The notes under the pieces are model-generated. The model was not told the DNA's origin. It worked only from the letters and a program-made list of their open reading frames with translations, and made no database searches. This document shows, in pieces, positions 30,935 to 41,539 of a DNA stretch of 64,000 nucleotides. Source of the stretch: a bacterium (GTDB lineage Bacteria; UBA8248); assembly GCA_965207065.1 (NCBI GenBank), contig OZ242260.1, positions 1,248,001 to 1,312,000 on the forward strand, given 5' to 3'. The position numbers and the translations under genes were made by a program. How positions within the stretch are numbered: the first letter of the stretch is position 1; the number at the start of each line of letters is the position of its first letter.

Positions 30935-31274
30935 GAGGCAAATGTCTTTCTCGATGAACAGCACCTCGTTGAATCGCGGGTCGCCCGCTCCGCCGCGGCG
31001 GTTCGAGAACCCACGCCCCCGGGCTGCGCCCCGGAACAGGGAATGCCGACAGAACCGGAAGAACTTGACGCGCCATGCCGAAATCCCCCCGTGCAAGCCT
31101 TCTGGCCGCTCCCTCATCTTCTTTGAACGGCTTTCAGCGCGAATCCACCTCCCCCGGTTCCGAATTTCCGAAAAATTAGATAAAATCAGATAAATTCACA
31201 ATGTTTTCTGATAAATAACCGAAAATTCACGATGCTCTAAGTATCTGAATAGTAACCGGATAAGGGGTTTTGGG

Positions 31275-32921
31275 TTGAAAGGTAAGGTGAAGACGGATCT
31301 GGACGCTCTCATCGTCGGCGCGGGTGTCGCCGGTCTTTTCATGCTCTACAGGCTGCGCTCGCGCGGCTTCAGGGCGCGCGTGTACGAGGCGGGCGGCGAC
31401 GTGGGCGGCACCTGGTACTGGAACCGCTACCCGGGCGCGCGATGCGATACGGAGAGCGTCCAGTACTCCTATCAGTTCTCCGAAGAACTCCAGCAGGAAT
31501 GGGAGTGGAGCGAGCGCTACGCGAGCCAGCCGGAGATCCTGCGCTATGTCAACCACGTGGCCGAACGCTTCGATTTGCGGAGGGATGTCGTCTTCAACAC
31601 GCGAATCGTCTCCGCCGTTTTCGATGAGGAGGCGAGCCACTGGGTCGTCGAGACAGACGGCGGCGCGCGAATTTCGGCCAACTTCTGCGTGATGGCCACC
31701 GGGTGTCTCTCCTCGCCCAATATTCCCGCCTTCGAGGGGCTCGACACCTTCGACGGCCCCGTGCACCACACCGGCCTCTGGCCGCACGAGAAGGTGGATT
31801 TCTCGGGAAAACGCGTGGGCGTCATCGGCACGGGCTCATCCGCCATGCAGTCCGTCCCCATCATCGCGCGCGAGGCGGACGACGTGTTCGTCTTCCAGAG
31901 GACGGCGCACTACGCCGTACCCGCGCACAACGGCCCCATCCGTGAGGAGCGGGTGCGCGAGGTGAAGGCGAATTACGCGCAAATCAGGGCGAGAGCCAAG
32001 CGATCTGCCACCGGATTCGACCAGACATTTGGCGAGAAGAAGGCTATGAAGGTCAGCGAAGAAGAGCGCGAGCGCGAATTCGAGAAGCGCTGGGCGCACG
32101 GGGGACTGCCCTTCCTCTCCGCCTTCACGGATTTGCGCTACAGCGAGGAAGCGAACCAGATGGCGGGCGAATTCGTCCGGAACAAGATTCGGGAAATCGT
32201 GAAGGATCCCGAAACAGCGGAACTGCTTTGCCCCACGACGGTCATCGGATGCAAGCGCTTATGTGTGATTACGGAGTATTTCGAGACCTATAACCGTCCG
32301 AACGTACACCTGATCGACGTGAGCGAATCTCCCATCGAGAGGATAACGCCGGAAGGGGTGGTGACCGGGGGGCGGGTGTATGAATTCGACATGCTTATTC
32401 TGGCCACGGGGTTCGACGCCATGACGGGGACCCTGCTCAGAATCGACATCCGGGGGCGCGGCGGGCGCACCATACAAGACAAATGGAAGGAAGGCCCCCG
32501 CACGTATCTCGGCCTCATGACGGCGGGCTTCCCGAACATGTTCACCATCACGGGTCCAGGAAGCCCCTCGGTGCTGACGAACATGCAGACTTCCATCGAC
32601 CATCACGTCGAGTGGATCGGCGCGTGCCTCGTGTATCTACGCGAAAACGGGATGAAATCCATCGAGGCCACGGTGGAGGCGGAGGATGCCTGGGTCGCGC
32701 ACAACAACGAGGAGACCGCCAAGACGATTCGTTACAAGTGCACCTCCTGGTATCTGGGGGCGAACATACCGGGCAAGCCGCGCGTGTTCATGCCCTACAT
32801 CGCCGGGTTCGACGTCTATTCACAAAAATGCAGACAAATCGTGGAAGCGGGATACGAGGGATTTCATCTGATGCCGCACGAAAACGAACGGGTGGATGCG
32901 GCTATCGGCCATTCCGGGTAA
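31275..32921 (+). CDS. Type I Baeyer-Villiger monooxygenase
   Basis: GAGVAG, GGTWYWNRYPGARCD, FDGPVHHTGLWP fingerprint, GTGSS, ATGFD. Confidence 0.95.
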   Translation: MKGKVKTDLDALIVGAGVAGLFMLYRLRSRGFRARVYEAGGDVGGTWYWNRYPGARCDTESVQYSYQFSEELQQEWEWSERYASQPEILRYVNHVAERFDLRRDVVFNTRIVSAVFDEEASHWVVETDGGARISANFCVMATGCLSSPNIPAFEGLDTFDGPVHHTGLWPHEKVDFSGKRVGVIGTGSSAMQSVPIIAREADDVFVFQRTAHYAVPAHNGPIREERVREVKANYAQIRARAKRSATGFDQTFGEKKAMKVSEEEREREFEKRWAHGGLPFLSAFTDLRYSEEANQMAGEFVRNKIREIVKDPETAELLCPTTVIGCKRLCVITEYFETYNRPNVHLIDVSESPIERITPEGVVTGGRVYEFDMLILATGFDAMTGTLLRIDIRGRGGRTIQDKWKEGPRTYLGLMTAGFPNMFTITGPGSPSVLTNMQTSIDHHVEWIGACLVYLRENGMKSIEATVEAEDAWVAHNNEETAKTIRYKCTSWYLGANIPGKPRVFMPYIAGFDVYSQKCRQIVEAGYEGFHLMPHENERVDAAIGHSG

Positions 32922-33021
32922 AAACACCTCGAACAGCTTACATTCTTGATGGATATGGAATAGGATAAGCAGATTACCAATATAAAATCATATTTATCGC
33001 TCTCATGAATAGGACCTCTGC

Positions 33022-34116
33022 ATGGCGGAAGTAGTTGTAAAGGACCTGGTCAAACGCTTCGGTACGGAAACGCTGGCGGTAGACAACGTCAGTTTCACTG
33101 TGGGCGAAGGTGAATTCGTTACCCTGCTGGGTCCCAGCGGTTGCGGGAAAACGACGACGCTTCGCTGCATCGCAGGACTCGAGACCCCGGATGAGGGGGA
33201 TATCCTCATTGCGGACGAAGTATTTACTTCGAGCCACAACGGGGTTTGCCTGCCCCCGGAAAAACGCCGGCTCGGCATGGTGTTTCAGTCTTACGCCATC
33301 TGGCCTCACATGTCGGTTTCAGAGAACGTGGCTTACGGCATTCAGGCCCAGGGGGCGAGCCGCGCAGAAGTCAACGAAAAAGTCGCCAAGGCGCTCGAAC
33401 TCGTCGGCCTGAGCGGTCTTGGGGAGAGAAACGCCACCAAACTCTCCGGCGGCCAGCAACAGCGGGTGTCCCTCGCCCGCGCGTTGGCCTACAACCCCCG
33501 CGTTCTTCTTTTTGATGAGCCGCTCAGCAACCTCGATGCGAAATTGCGCGAGCGCATGCGGGTCGAGCTGGCGAACCTGATAAAAGAACTCAAATTGACG
33601 GCCATTTACGTCACCCACGATCAGGCCGAGGCCATGGTCATGAGCGATCGGATCATCGTCATGAAGGACGGCAGGATACAGCAGGAAGGGGATCCCCACG
33701 CAACTTATAATGAGCCGTCCAACAGTTTCGTCGCCGATTTCATCGGCGTGACGAACATTCTCGAGGGCAAGGCCGGTGAGAGGGAGAACGGAAAAGGCCT
33801 TTGGGTGGAAGTACCGTCCCTTGAGACGAGAATTCTTTGTGCGAAGGGAATCGACCGCGATATTCCAGCCGGTTCTGATTTGCTGGTCACCGTGCGGCCC
33901 GAATACATCGAACTTGGAGAAGAAGGGTCGAACGATGAAAACGTTTTCAGAGGCCAGGTGAGTGACGCGGTTTATCTGGGACAATCCTGGGATTGTCTGG
34001 TCCAATCCGGGAATTTTGAATTGAGGGTGCATGTTCGTGGAGACGCGGATATCCGGACAGGCCAGTCCGTCACCATGAACATATCCCCTTCAAGATGCGT
34101 GGTGTTGAGCGATTGA
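33022..34116 (+). CDS. ABC transporter ATPase (FbpC/PotA type, TOBE domain)
   Basis: GPSGCGKTT, LSGGQQQR, DEPLSNLD. Confidence 0.93.
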   Translation: MAEVVVKDLVKRFGTETLAVDNVSFTVGEGEFVTLLGPSGCGKTTTLRCIAGLETPDEGDILIADEVFTSSHNGVCLPPEKRRLGMVFQSYAIWPHMSVSENVAYGIQAQGASRAEVNEKVAKALELVGLSGLGERNATKLSGGQQQRVSLARALAYNPRVLLFDEPLSNLDAKLRERMRVELANLIKELKLTAIYVTHDQAEAMVMSDRIIVMKDGRIQQEGDPHATYNEPSNSFVADFIGVTNILEGKAGERENGKGLWVEVPSLETRILCAKGIDRDIPAGSDLLVTVRPEYIELGEEGSNDENVFRGQVSDAVYLGQSWDCLVQSGNFELRVHVRGDADIRTGQSVTMNISPSRCVVLSD

Positions 34117-34188
34117 GTGGCGGGTGAGTTGAACGGCCCACCTGCGCGGAACCGGTATTTTGTTTACATTTCTCTGGGAGAAGATTCG

Positions 34189-35331
34189 ATGAAAAAAAGG
34201 TTGAGTTGCTCGGTAGGAATGGCGGTATTGCTGGCGGTTACGTTCACGCTGGGCGGGACCGCCCGCGCTGCAGAGGCGCCTATCCTGAAAGAGTTGAAAG
34301 GCGCGGAAAAAGCCCGCGTCGCGAAATTGATTGAAGGCGCCAGAAAAGAAGGTAATTTCTCCTGGGCCACGAACCTTGCTCCCGTGAAGGCGGCCAAAGA
34401 GATGGAGAAGGCCTTCAAGAAGCTATATGGGCTGCCGAAGGTGAAATTCCGTTTCGCCAACAGGCGCTCGGGTACGCTCATCAAGCGTTTCGAGCAGGAG
34501 ATCAAGGCGAACAAGCTGTCCGTCGACGTGGTCGTGCTAGCCGCAGCCTCCTGGCTGCACTCGATGAAGCGTCGCGGGAATCTGATGAAATACGTCTCGC
34601 CGGAAGACAAGCATTACAGCCTGGCGGAAAAGGCGAACATGAACGGCGACGGGTATTGGGTTTCCGATGCGCAAATCAACACCATGGCGGTCAACCGGGA
34701 TTTGGCGGGCAACGTCAAGCTGACGAGTTGGTATGATTTGCTGAAGCCCGAGTTCAAGGGCAAGGTGCTGGTCGGCGATGCGAGGCCCTCCGAGACGTAT
34801 ACCCTTTGGTACAAGGGACTCCGCGAGCGGCTGCCGAAGAGCTACTTCCAGAAATTAAGCGCTTCGGGCGCGGGCGTGATGGCGAGAGGGTCGGCGCAGA
34901 GGCGCTCCCTCATGGCGGGAGAGTACTGGCTCGGAACGACGATCATGGCCAGGCATAACTGGATTGCCAAAAAAGCCGGCGTAAAAATGGACCCCATCTA
35001 TCCTAAAGAAGGTGTAGTGGCGCTTCCCATCGGTTCCGTGATCATGGCGAAGGCGAAAAACCCCAACATGGCGAAACTTTTCGTCGATTACTGGCGGAGC
35101 GTGAGGGGGCATCACATGCTCCTCAATTACAATCCGCTGAATTCCGGCAGGCCGCTTCCGCCGCACAAGGATGAGAAAATCAACAAGCTCATCCTGGCGA
35201 AAGACGGCATCGCGCCTCCCATCGACAAGATCAACGTCATCCCGACCGACTGGAGCAAAGTCACGCCGGCGGACGTGAAGAAATGGAAGGCGGAATTCAT
35301 CGAAGTTTTCGGATCGGGCACGAAGAAATAA
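34189..35331 (+). CDS. ABC transporter substrate-binding protein (AfuA/FbpA-like)
   Basis: Signal peptide; SWYDLLKPEFKGK, YPKEG, PNMAKLFVDY. Confidence 0.85.
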   Translation: MKKRLSCSVGMAVLLAVTFTLGGTARAAEAPILKELKGAEKARVAKLIEGARKEGNFSWATNLAPVKAAKEMEKAFKKLYGLPKVKFRFANRRSGTLIKRFEQEIKANKLSVDVVVLAAASWLHSMKRRGNLMKYVSPEDKHYSLAEKANMNGDGYWVSDAQINTMAVNRDLAGNVKLTSWYDLLKPEFKGKVLVGDARPSETYTLWYKGLRERLPKSYFQKLSASGAGVMARGSAQRRSLMAGEYWLGTTIMARHNWIAKKAGVKMDPIYPKEGVVALPIGSVIMAKAKNPNMAKLFVDYWRSVRGHHMLLNYNPLNSGRPLPPHKDEKINKLILAKDGIAPPIDKINVIPTDWSKVTPADVKKWKAEFIEVFGSGTKK

Positions 35332-35358
35332 AGATGTGAAATACTCGAGGGTCATGCA

Positions 35359-37119
35359 TTGAGCAGCGTATCGAAATCGGAATTGGAGGCCAGAGGCGAC
35401 GGGGCGAGCCCCGTCGCTTCGGCCGCCACTCCCGGGGGACGTTTTTTCAACTCTGAAAATTCATTGAAACTCGGTTCCCTGGGTCTGCTAACCATTCTCG
35501 CCATTTTGCCTGTATCGGTGTTCCTGTACAGCGCATTCGTGACCCACCCCGAAGCCGGGGACTCCATCTTCACGTTCACGAACTTCACGAAAAATTTTTC
35601 CACCTCCGAGGTGTTCGACGCTACGCTGAATACCCTGGTCATTGCGCTGGGCACGTCTGTTTTTTCATGTCTGACGGGTGTTTCGCTCGCCTGGTTCCAT
35701 GCGCGCACCGATATGCCGTTCCGCAGACCCCTGGAGGCGCTGACCCTGATCCCCTTCTTCCTGTCCTCCTTCCTGGGGGCCGTTGCGTGGTGGGCGCTGG
35801 CCGCCCCGAGAACGGGCATACTGAATCGCTGGATGATCGATCTCTTCGGGTTGTCGGCCCCGCCGTTCAACATCTATTCGATGACCGGGATCGTCATGGT
35901 GATGGCGCTGTTTTATACGCCCTACATGTATCTTTTTACGATAGGCTCCCTGAACCGGATGGATCCGGCCCTCGAGGAATCCGCGCGTGTATGCGGGACC
36001 GGCGTCTTGCGCACCGCCCTGAGGGTGACGATTCCACTATCCACGCCCGCCATGCTCTCCGGCGCGGTGATTATTTTCGTGGTGAGCATGGGTGTTTTCG
36101 GCGTGCCCAGCTTGTTGGGACCCATCGCGCGAATATCGACGCTCTCGACGATCATCTACACGAAGATGGAGGAATATCCGCTGGACATCGGCGGGGCGGC
36201 CGCACTGGGAAGCGTCTTGATGGTGTTCACCGCGTTGGGCCTTTACATCCAGCGTAAGATTATCGCGCCGAGAAGTTACGTGACCGTGACGGGGAAAGGC
36301 TATCGCCCCAGCCGGGTTTCTTTGGGACCCTGGAAATACGTCGCGCTCGCCATCAATTGTTTCTACGTTCTTCTGGCGGTCATCCTCCCGCTGGGAGCGC
36401 TCCTGCTGGCGTCGTTCAACCGCGCCTGGCTGGGCGGTTTCCGCTGGAGCCAGCTTTCCATCTACAACTGGGCGTATGTCTTGTTTGAATACGAATACGC
36501 GGTTCAGGCGACAAAAAACAGTCTCATCCTGGGGCTGGTGGGCGGATTCATCACGGTTGTTCTTTGTACGTTCCTCGCCATGGTGATTCTCAGGGGCAGG
36601 AACAAGAGGCTCAGCGGCGCCGTCGATTACCTGAGCACACTGCCCATCGGCGTGCCGGGCCTCATCATGGGGATGGCTTTTCTCATCACGTGGATCAAGA
36701 CGCCGCTCTATGGATTCCCCATGCTCTTGCTCATGATGGCGTATATGACGCGCTATCTGCCCTATGGCCTCAGGACAATATCTTCGGTGCTTCAATCTTT
36801 GAGTTCCGAACTCGAGGAAAGCGCCAGAATCTGCGGTTCCTCGTTCGTTGCGACGATAAAGAAAATCACGGTGCCGCTCTTGAGGCCGGGCATATTCGCG
36901 GCTTATCTGATGCTGTTCATCATGTTCATCCGGGAATTGCCGGTGTCCGTGCTCCTGGCGACGGAAGACAGCGCCCCCATGGCGGTGGCCCTATACATCC
37001 TGCAGGAAAACGAGGCTTTGGGCGTCGTGGCGGCATTCGCGCTGGTTCAGACCGCGCTCCTCCTGCTGGGCACGATTGTCTTCAGAAAGCTCGGAAGCAT
37101 GGAAGAGCTCTCGGTGTAG
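35359..37119 (+). CDS. ABC transporter fused permease (FbpB type)
   Basis: Two EAA-like loops (LEESARVCG, LEESARICG); about 12 TM segments. Confidence 0.92.
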   Translation: MSSVSKSELEARGDGASPVASAATPGGRFFNSENSLKLGSLGLLTILAILPVSVFLYSAFVTHPEAGDSIFTFTNFTKNFSTSEVFDATLNTLVIALGTSVFSCLTGVSLAWFHARTDMPFRRPLEALTLIPFFLSSFLGAVAWWALAAPRTGILNRWMIDLFGLSAPPFNIYSMTGIVMVMALFYTPYMYLFTIGSLNRMDPALEESARVCGTGVLRTALRVTIPLSTPAMLSGAVIIFVVSMGVFGVPSLLGPIARISTLSTIIYTKMEEYPLDIGGAAALGSVLMVFTALGLYIQRKIIAPRSYVTVTGKGYRPSRVSLGPWKYVALAINCFYVLLAVILPLGALLLASFNRAWLGGFRWSQLSIYNWAYVLFEYEYAVQATKNSLILGLVGGFITVVLCTFLAMVILRGRNKRLSGAVDYLSTLPIGVPGLIMGMAFLITWIKTPLYGFPMLLLMMAYMTRYLPYGLRTISSVLQSLSSELEESARICGSSFVATIKKITVPLLRPGIFAAYLMLFIMFIRELPVSVLLATEDSAPMAVALYILQENEALGVVAAFALVQTALLLLGTIVFRKLGSMEELSV

Positions 37120-37201
37120 GTGAAAACACGAGGCTTGGAAGCAGCCGCAAGGAGCGCATGAGTTTCGGTATCCAATAACCCGCTAAAGGAAGGGAGGCCG
37201 A

Positions 37202-38104
37202 ATGAAGCTCAAGGGCATCATGGGCGCGCCCACGACGGCGTTCAAACCCGGTGGCGGCGTCGATTACGACACATTCGGAAGCCAGGTCGATTTTCTGATC
37301 GAACAGGGATTTCCCTTCATCGCCCATCCCATGCACATCGGCGAGTCCTTGAATCTGAGCGATCACGAGCGCAAGGAGCTGGCGAAGCGCCTGGTGGAAA
37401 CCGCCGCCGGCCGCGTTCCCGCCTTCGTGAACGTGACCGCTTCGGGACCGGACAATTCCATTGATTTGGCGAAGCACTCCGAGGCGATAGGCGCAACGGG
37501 AATCGTCGTGCTCTCGCCCTATCATTGGGCGCCCGAGGACGAAGCCCATCTGGATTATTTCCTGACGTTGGGAAGAAGTACGGATATCGCGATGATCGCC
37601 TATAACAACCCCAGGCTCCAGGTGACCATCTCCCACGACATGCTCGAAGAGATGCTCGAAAAACTCCCGAACTTACACGCTCTAAAAGACGCCAGCTTCG
37701 ACATGAACTACTTTACGGGCGCTTGCCGCATCGCATCCGGCGCCCGAGCGGATTTTTCCGTGTTCACCGGCATCGAGTGGCTCCTCACGTCGATTCCCGT
37801 CGGCGGGTCGGGATCGTTCTCCAATTGCGGCGAGGTCGCTCCGAGGATGGTCCTTTCCCTGTTCGATGCGTGTATTTCCGGGGACTACGAAAAAGCGCGC
37901 TCGCTGCAGTACAAGATGGACACGCTCTTGCACCTGCTGCAGACGAACTACCCGGCGACGGTGAAATATGCGATGGAACTGATGGGCCGGCCCGTCGGCG
38001 AGACGCGAAAACCCATCCTTCCCCTGGATGATGACGCCAAGGCCCACACGAGAAAGACACTCGAATCGCTAGGCATCTTCGAGAACGAGCCGTCAGGCTG
38101 GTAG
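37202..38104 (+). CDS. DapA/NAL-family class I aldolase
   Basis: AYNNP, Schiff-base ALKDAS; atypical MHIGES instead of GTTGE. Confidence 0.85.
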   Translation: MKLKGIMGAPTTAFKPGGGVDYDTFGSQVDFLIEQGFPFIAHPMHIGESLNLSDHERKELAKRLVETAAGRVPAFVNVTASGPDNSIDLAKHSEAIGATGIVVLSPYHWAPEDEAHLDYFLTLGRSTDIAMIAYNNPRLQVTISHDMLEEMLEKLPNLHALKDASFDMNYFTGACRIASGARADFSVFTGIEWLLTSIPVGGSGSFSNCGEVAPRMVLSLFDACISGDYEKARSLQYKMDTLLHLLQTNYPATVKYAMELMGRPVGETRKPILPLDDDAKAHTRKTLESLGIFENEPSGW

Positions 38105-40240
38105 TTCGGAGCGTTCCTGCTCTCGTCCGACACTCCTTTTTTGCCAGGCAAAGATCGATAGCAGCAGAGCCGCTCCCGCCGCGTTGGCGAGGTATGCGGA
38201 GAAACCGCCTGGTAGCTGGAATTTCGCCGGCAGAAAACAGAACACCGAAGCGACGCCCAAGAGCAGCCATTCGGGAGGGGAAGTCTTTCTCTTGAGGTAG
38301 CCCATCGTCCAGGCGGAAAAAGCAATGGTGCCGAACAACGCCGTTCCCATCGTCCAGATTGTGAGTTTCACCGAACCCGTCAGCAGAATGGGCGTATAGG
38401 CGAATAAAATCGGCATGACGTAAAGCATTTTGGCGAACCGGAAACTCGCCCATCCCGTCTGCCAGGGGTCCGCTCTTGCGATGGAGGCGGCGACGTAGGC
38501 CCCCAGGCAGACAGGCGGCGTGATGTTCGAATCCTGACTCAGCCAGAAGACGATCATGTGCGCGGCGATGAGGGGAACGCCGAGGTTCTCGAGGGCGGGA
38601 CCCGCGAGTACGGCCAGGACGAGGTATGAGGCGGTTATGGGCAAGGCCATGCCCAGGACGAGAGACGCCACCGCCACGAGGAACAGGGCGAACAGAAGGC
38701 TTCCGCCCGATAGCGCCACCAGCAAGTAGCTCATTTTGAGGCCGAGACCCGTCAGGGCCACCATCCCGACGATGATCCCCACCGCAGCTGCGGCCGAGCC
38801 GACGACGAGAGAGTTTTGCGTACCCTCCACCATGGCGCCGAAGACGCCTCGTATATTCAACCGCTCTTGCGGGGTTTGGAATTGATCGGGAAAGAGCCGC
38901 GCCAGCGCCATGCGGATCCAGTTGATCGCCAGTATGGAGAAGATGGCCATGACGGCGCACCAATCCGGCGAGTAACCGGCGATGAGGAAAGCCAGGAGAA
39001 TCGCGAGCGGCAGGAGATGGAACCAGCCGGATACGAAAACATCCCTGGGACTCGAAAGTTCATTTTCGGCGATTCCCTGTATTCCCTGTCGCTTCGCTTC
39101 GAAATGAACGATGGCGCTGATCGACAGCAGGTACAACAGCGCGGGCACCGCGGCGATGGCCATGATGCGCACGTAGGGTACGCCGGTTATCTCCGCCATG
39201 ACGAATGCGCCCGAGCCCATGACGGGAGGCAGAAGCTGGCCGCCCAGAGAAGCGCTGTTTTCCACCGCACCCGCCACATGGGGCCGGAAGCCCACCTTTT
39301 TCATGAGAGGGATAGTGAAGGTGCCCGTCGAGACGACGTTTGCGATGCTGCTGCCCGAGATCGAGCCGAATATGGCGGAGGCGATGACCGCCACCTTGGC
39401 GGGTCCGCCCACCGTCCGTCCGGCGAGCGCCATGGGCATTTCGATGAAGAACCTGCCCATCCCGGATTGATTCATGAACGCGCCCAGATAGATGAATATC
39501 AGGACGTAGCTGGCCATGACGGAAGTCATGACGCCGAAGATGCCCTCTTGCGAATAGAAGGTGTAGTTCACGATCTGGTGAACCGTGGAGCCCCGGTGAG
39601 CGAGTGGACCGGGCGCATAAGCGCCGAAATGGGCGAACAATAGCGCGATGACGGCGAGGGCCGGAATCCATAGCCCCAGTCCGCGTCTCGCCGCCTCCAG
39701 GGCGAGTACGATGGCGACGAAGGCCATCCAGAAGTCCGTCTGATGCCAGGCGCCCGGCCTGTCCTGGAGTTCCAGGTAGTTGAAAACGAAATAGCTCAGA
39801 CAAAGGCAGGCCAGGCCCATCAGGGTGAGGTTCAGGGCGCGCGGGCGTGCCAGCGCGACCGCACCCAGGACGATGCAGCCGCTCCACGCAGCCCAATCAA
39901 CCATCAGTGCGCCTTCTTCCGAAACACTTTCCGCGCGGTAGATCGCAACGGCGAGCAGCGCCACGAGGAGGAGGGCTACGCCCCAATCGAGGATTTCCGG
40001 CGGTTTCCAGGTTGTTCCCTTGCGCCAGGGGTAGACGAGGAAGCTCATGATCCACATGACGAGGGTGAAGATGCCCAGGTGCAGATTGTCCTCGGGGATG
40101 CCGGGTCCCGCCGCCCAGAGGGCGAAAAACGCGAAAGCGACGCAGATGGCCTGGTGAAAATACTTCCAGGCTCCGCTCAAGTCCGAAGCGCGACTACCGC
40201 TCGCGTCATGCGCGACTTGGATTTCATCGCTTGCGGTCAT
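38093..40240 (-). CDS. TRAP transporter fused 4TM/12TM permease (TAXI-associated)
   Basis: GGPAKVAV, GSISGSSIANV, GGQLLPPVMG, SNITPPV. Confidence 0.93.
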   Translation of the reverse strand: MTASDEIQVAHDASGSRASDLSGAWKYFHQAICVAFAFFALWAAGPGIPEDNLHLGIFTLVMWIMSFLVYPWRKGTTWKPPEILDWGVALLLVALLAVAIYRAESVSEEGALMVDWAAWSGCIVLGAVALARPRALNLTLMGLACLCLSYFVFNYLELQDRPGAWHQTDFWMAFVAIVLALEAARRGLGLWIPALAVIALLFAHFGAYAPGPLAHRGSTVHQIVNYTFYSQEGIFGVMTSVMASYVLIFIYLGAFMNQSGMGRFFIEMPMALAGRTVGGPAKVAVIASAIFGSISGSSIANVVSTGTFTIPLMKKVGFRPHVAGAVENSASLGGQLLPPVMGSGAFVMAEITGVPYVRIMAIAAVPALLYLLSISAIVHFEAKRQGIQGIAENELSSPRDVFVSGWFHLLPLAILLAFLIAGYSPDWCAVMAIFSILAINWIRMALARLFPDQFQTPQERLNIRGVFGAMVEGTQNSLVVGSAAAAVGIIVGMVALTGLGLKMSYLLVALSGGSLLFALFLVAVASLVLGMALPITASYLVLAVLAGPALENLGVPLIAAHMIVFWLSQDSNITPPVCLGAYVAASIARADPWQTGWASFRFAKMLYVMPILFAYTPILLTGSVKLTIWTMGTALFGTIAFSAWTMGYLKRKTSPPEWLLLGVASVFCFLPAKFQLPGGFSAYLANAAGAALLLSIFAWQKRSVGREQERSELPA

Positions 40241-40320
40241 GGAGATCCCCGAAATCTCCCCGCGCGGGCGGGCAAGCCCGCGCGGAGAGGTTCGTGCGTG
40301 TCACAACAGTGACGAGGAGG

Positions 40321-41310
40321 CTACATGAGTTCTTTCGGAATCTTCTTGCCCGCTTCTTTCCAGAAGCGGATTGCCCCTTTGTGGAGCGGCGCGTTGATGA
40401 GCTTGAGGCCGTTTTTAATGGAGAGTTCCTTCGCCACCTTGCCGGCGGCGGAGACGATGTATTTGCGGCCCTTCTCGGAATACATGGCTTTCATGATGTT
40501 GTAAACCAGATCGGCGGAAACCTTGCTTCCCGCGATCATGACGGTGCCTGTGCCGAATGTCGGGGTGTCCACATTCACGTTCGGGTAGACGCCTGCGGGA
40601 ATCATGGTGGGTCCGAAGAAGGGAAACTTCTTGTAGAATCCGGACTTGCCGGCCGGAGCGTCCATGTTGATGAAGCGAATCTTCATCATGGTGGCCGTAT
40701 CGCGGATCATCGCGTTGCCGAGACCCGGGTGCCAGTTGTATCCGGCGATCTTGCCGTTGCGCATGGCCTCGGGACTCTTGCGGCCCAGATAAACGGGCTT
40801 GAACGTGCCCCAGATGCCCAGGTGCTTGAGGAGCGCCGTCAGGTTTTTGGCCGAGCCCGAACCCGGACCGCCCATCGAGATGGTTTTTCCCTTCAAATCC
40901 TCGATTTTCTTGATATCGCTGTTCGCGGGCACCAGCAGATGACCGACCGAACCGAAAAGGTATGTCATGGTTCGCATGTTCTTCTGGGGTTTCTTGAAAT
41001 GCCCCTGGCCCCGGTAGCCCAGGAAGGAGTCGCTCGAGAACGTCAAAGCCACTTCCACGGAGCCGGAATGGATCGCCCGCACGTTTTCAACAGAGCCTGT
41101 GGAGGACTCGGAGGAAACCTGAACTCCCTTCAATTCTTTTGTCAGGTATACGGCGTACGCGCTGGTCCATCGGTTGTAGGCGCCGCGAATCTGGCCGCCC
41201 TTCATCGTGATGCGTTGCTGTGCCGAAGCGTCCGGCAGCGTTGCGCCGAATTGCGTGAGGAACATGAACGCTGCCGCGCTCAGTAGTGAGGCCCATCGTG
41301 TTCTGGTCAT
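40321..41310 (-). CDS. TAXI-family TRAP solute receptor
   Basis: STGSVEN, DLKGKTISMGGPGSG, IPAGVYP, PLHKGAIRF. Confidence 0.92.
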   Translation of the reverse strand: MTRTRWASLLSAAAFMFLTQFGATLPDASAQQRITMKGGQIRGAYNRWTSAYAVYLTKELKGVQVSSESSTGSVENVRAIHSGSVEVALTFSSDSFLGYRGQGHFKKPQKNMRTMTYLFGSVGHLLVPANSDIKKIEDLKGKTISMGGPGSGSAKNLTALLKHLGIWGTFKPVYLGRKSPEAMRNGKIAGYNWHPGLGNAMIRDTATMMKIRFINMDAPAGKSGFYKKFPFFGPTMIPAGVYPNVNVDTPTFGTGTVMIAGSKVSADLVYNIMKAMYSEKGRKYIVSAAGKVAKELSIKNGLKLINAPLHKGAIRFWKEAGKKIPKELM

Positions 41311-41458
41311 GGTTCTGTTCTCCTTGATGAATGGATGGAATGAAAACTTCTACTGATTGAACCAATTACCTCGAACGTCAGTCGAAAAAACCGGCAAGAT
41401 TCAAATGCAGTGCACCGGACGAAGAGAGAAGTCATCCGCCCTTGGGCGCATCGTCAAA

Positions 41459-41487
41459 TTGACAGGGTTCACATGACTTTCTACAGT
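41459..41487 (+). promoter_or_regulatory. sigma70-type promoter
   Basis: TTGACA, 17-nt spacer, TACAGT upstream of the ThDP enzyme gene. Confidence 0.6.
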
Positions 41488-41539
41488 CTCATCGTATTAC
41501 TCCATATCTTATCTTACAAGGAGATGTATTTTGACCCGC

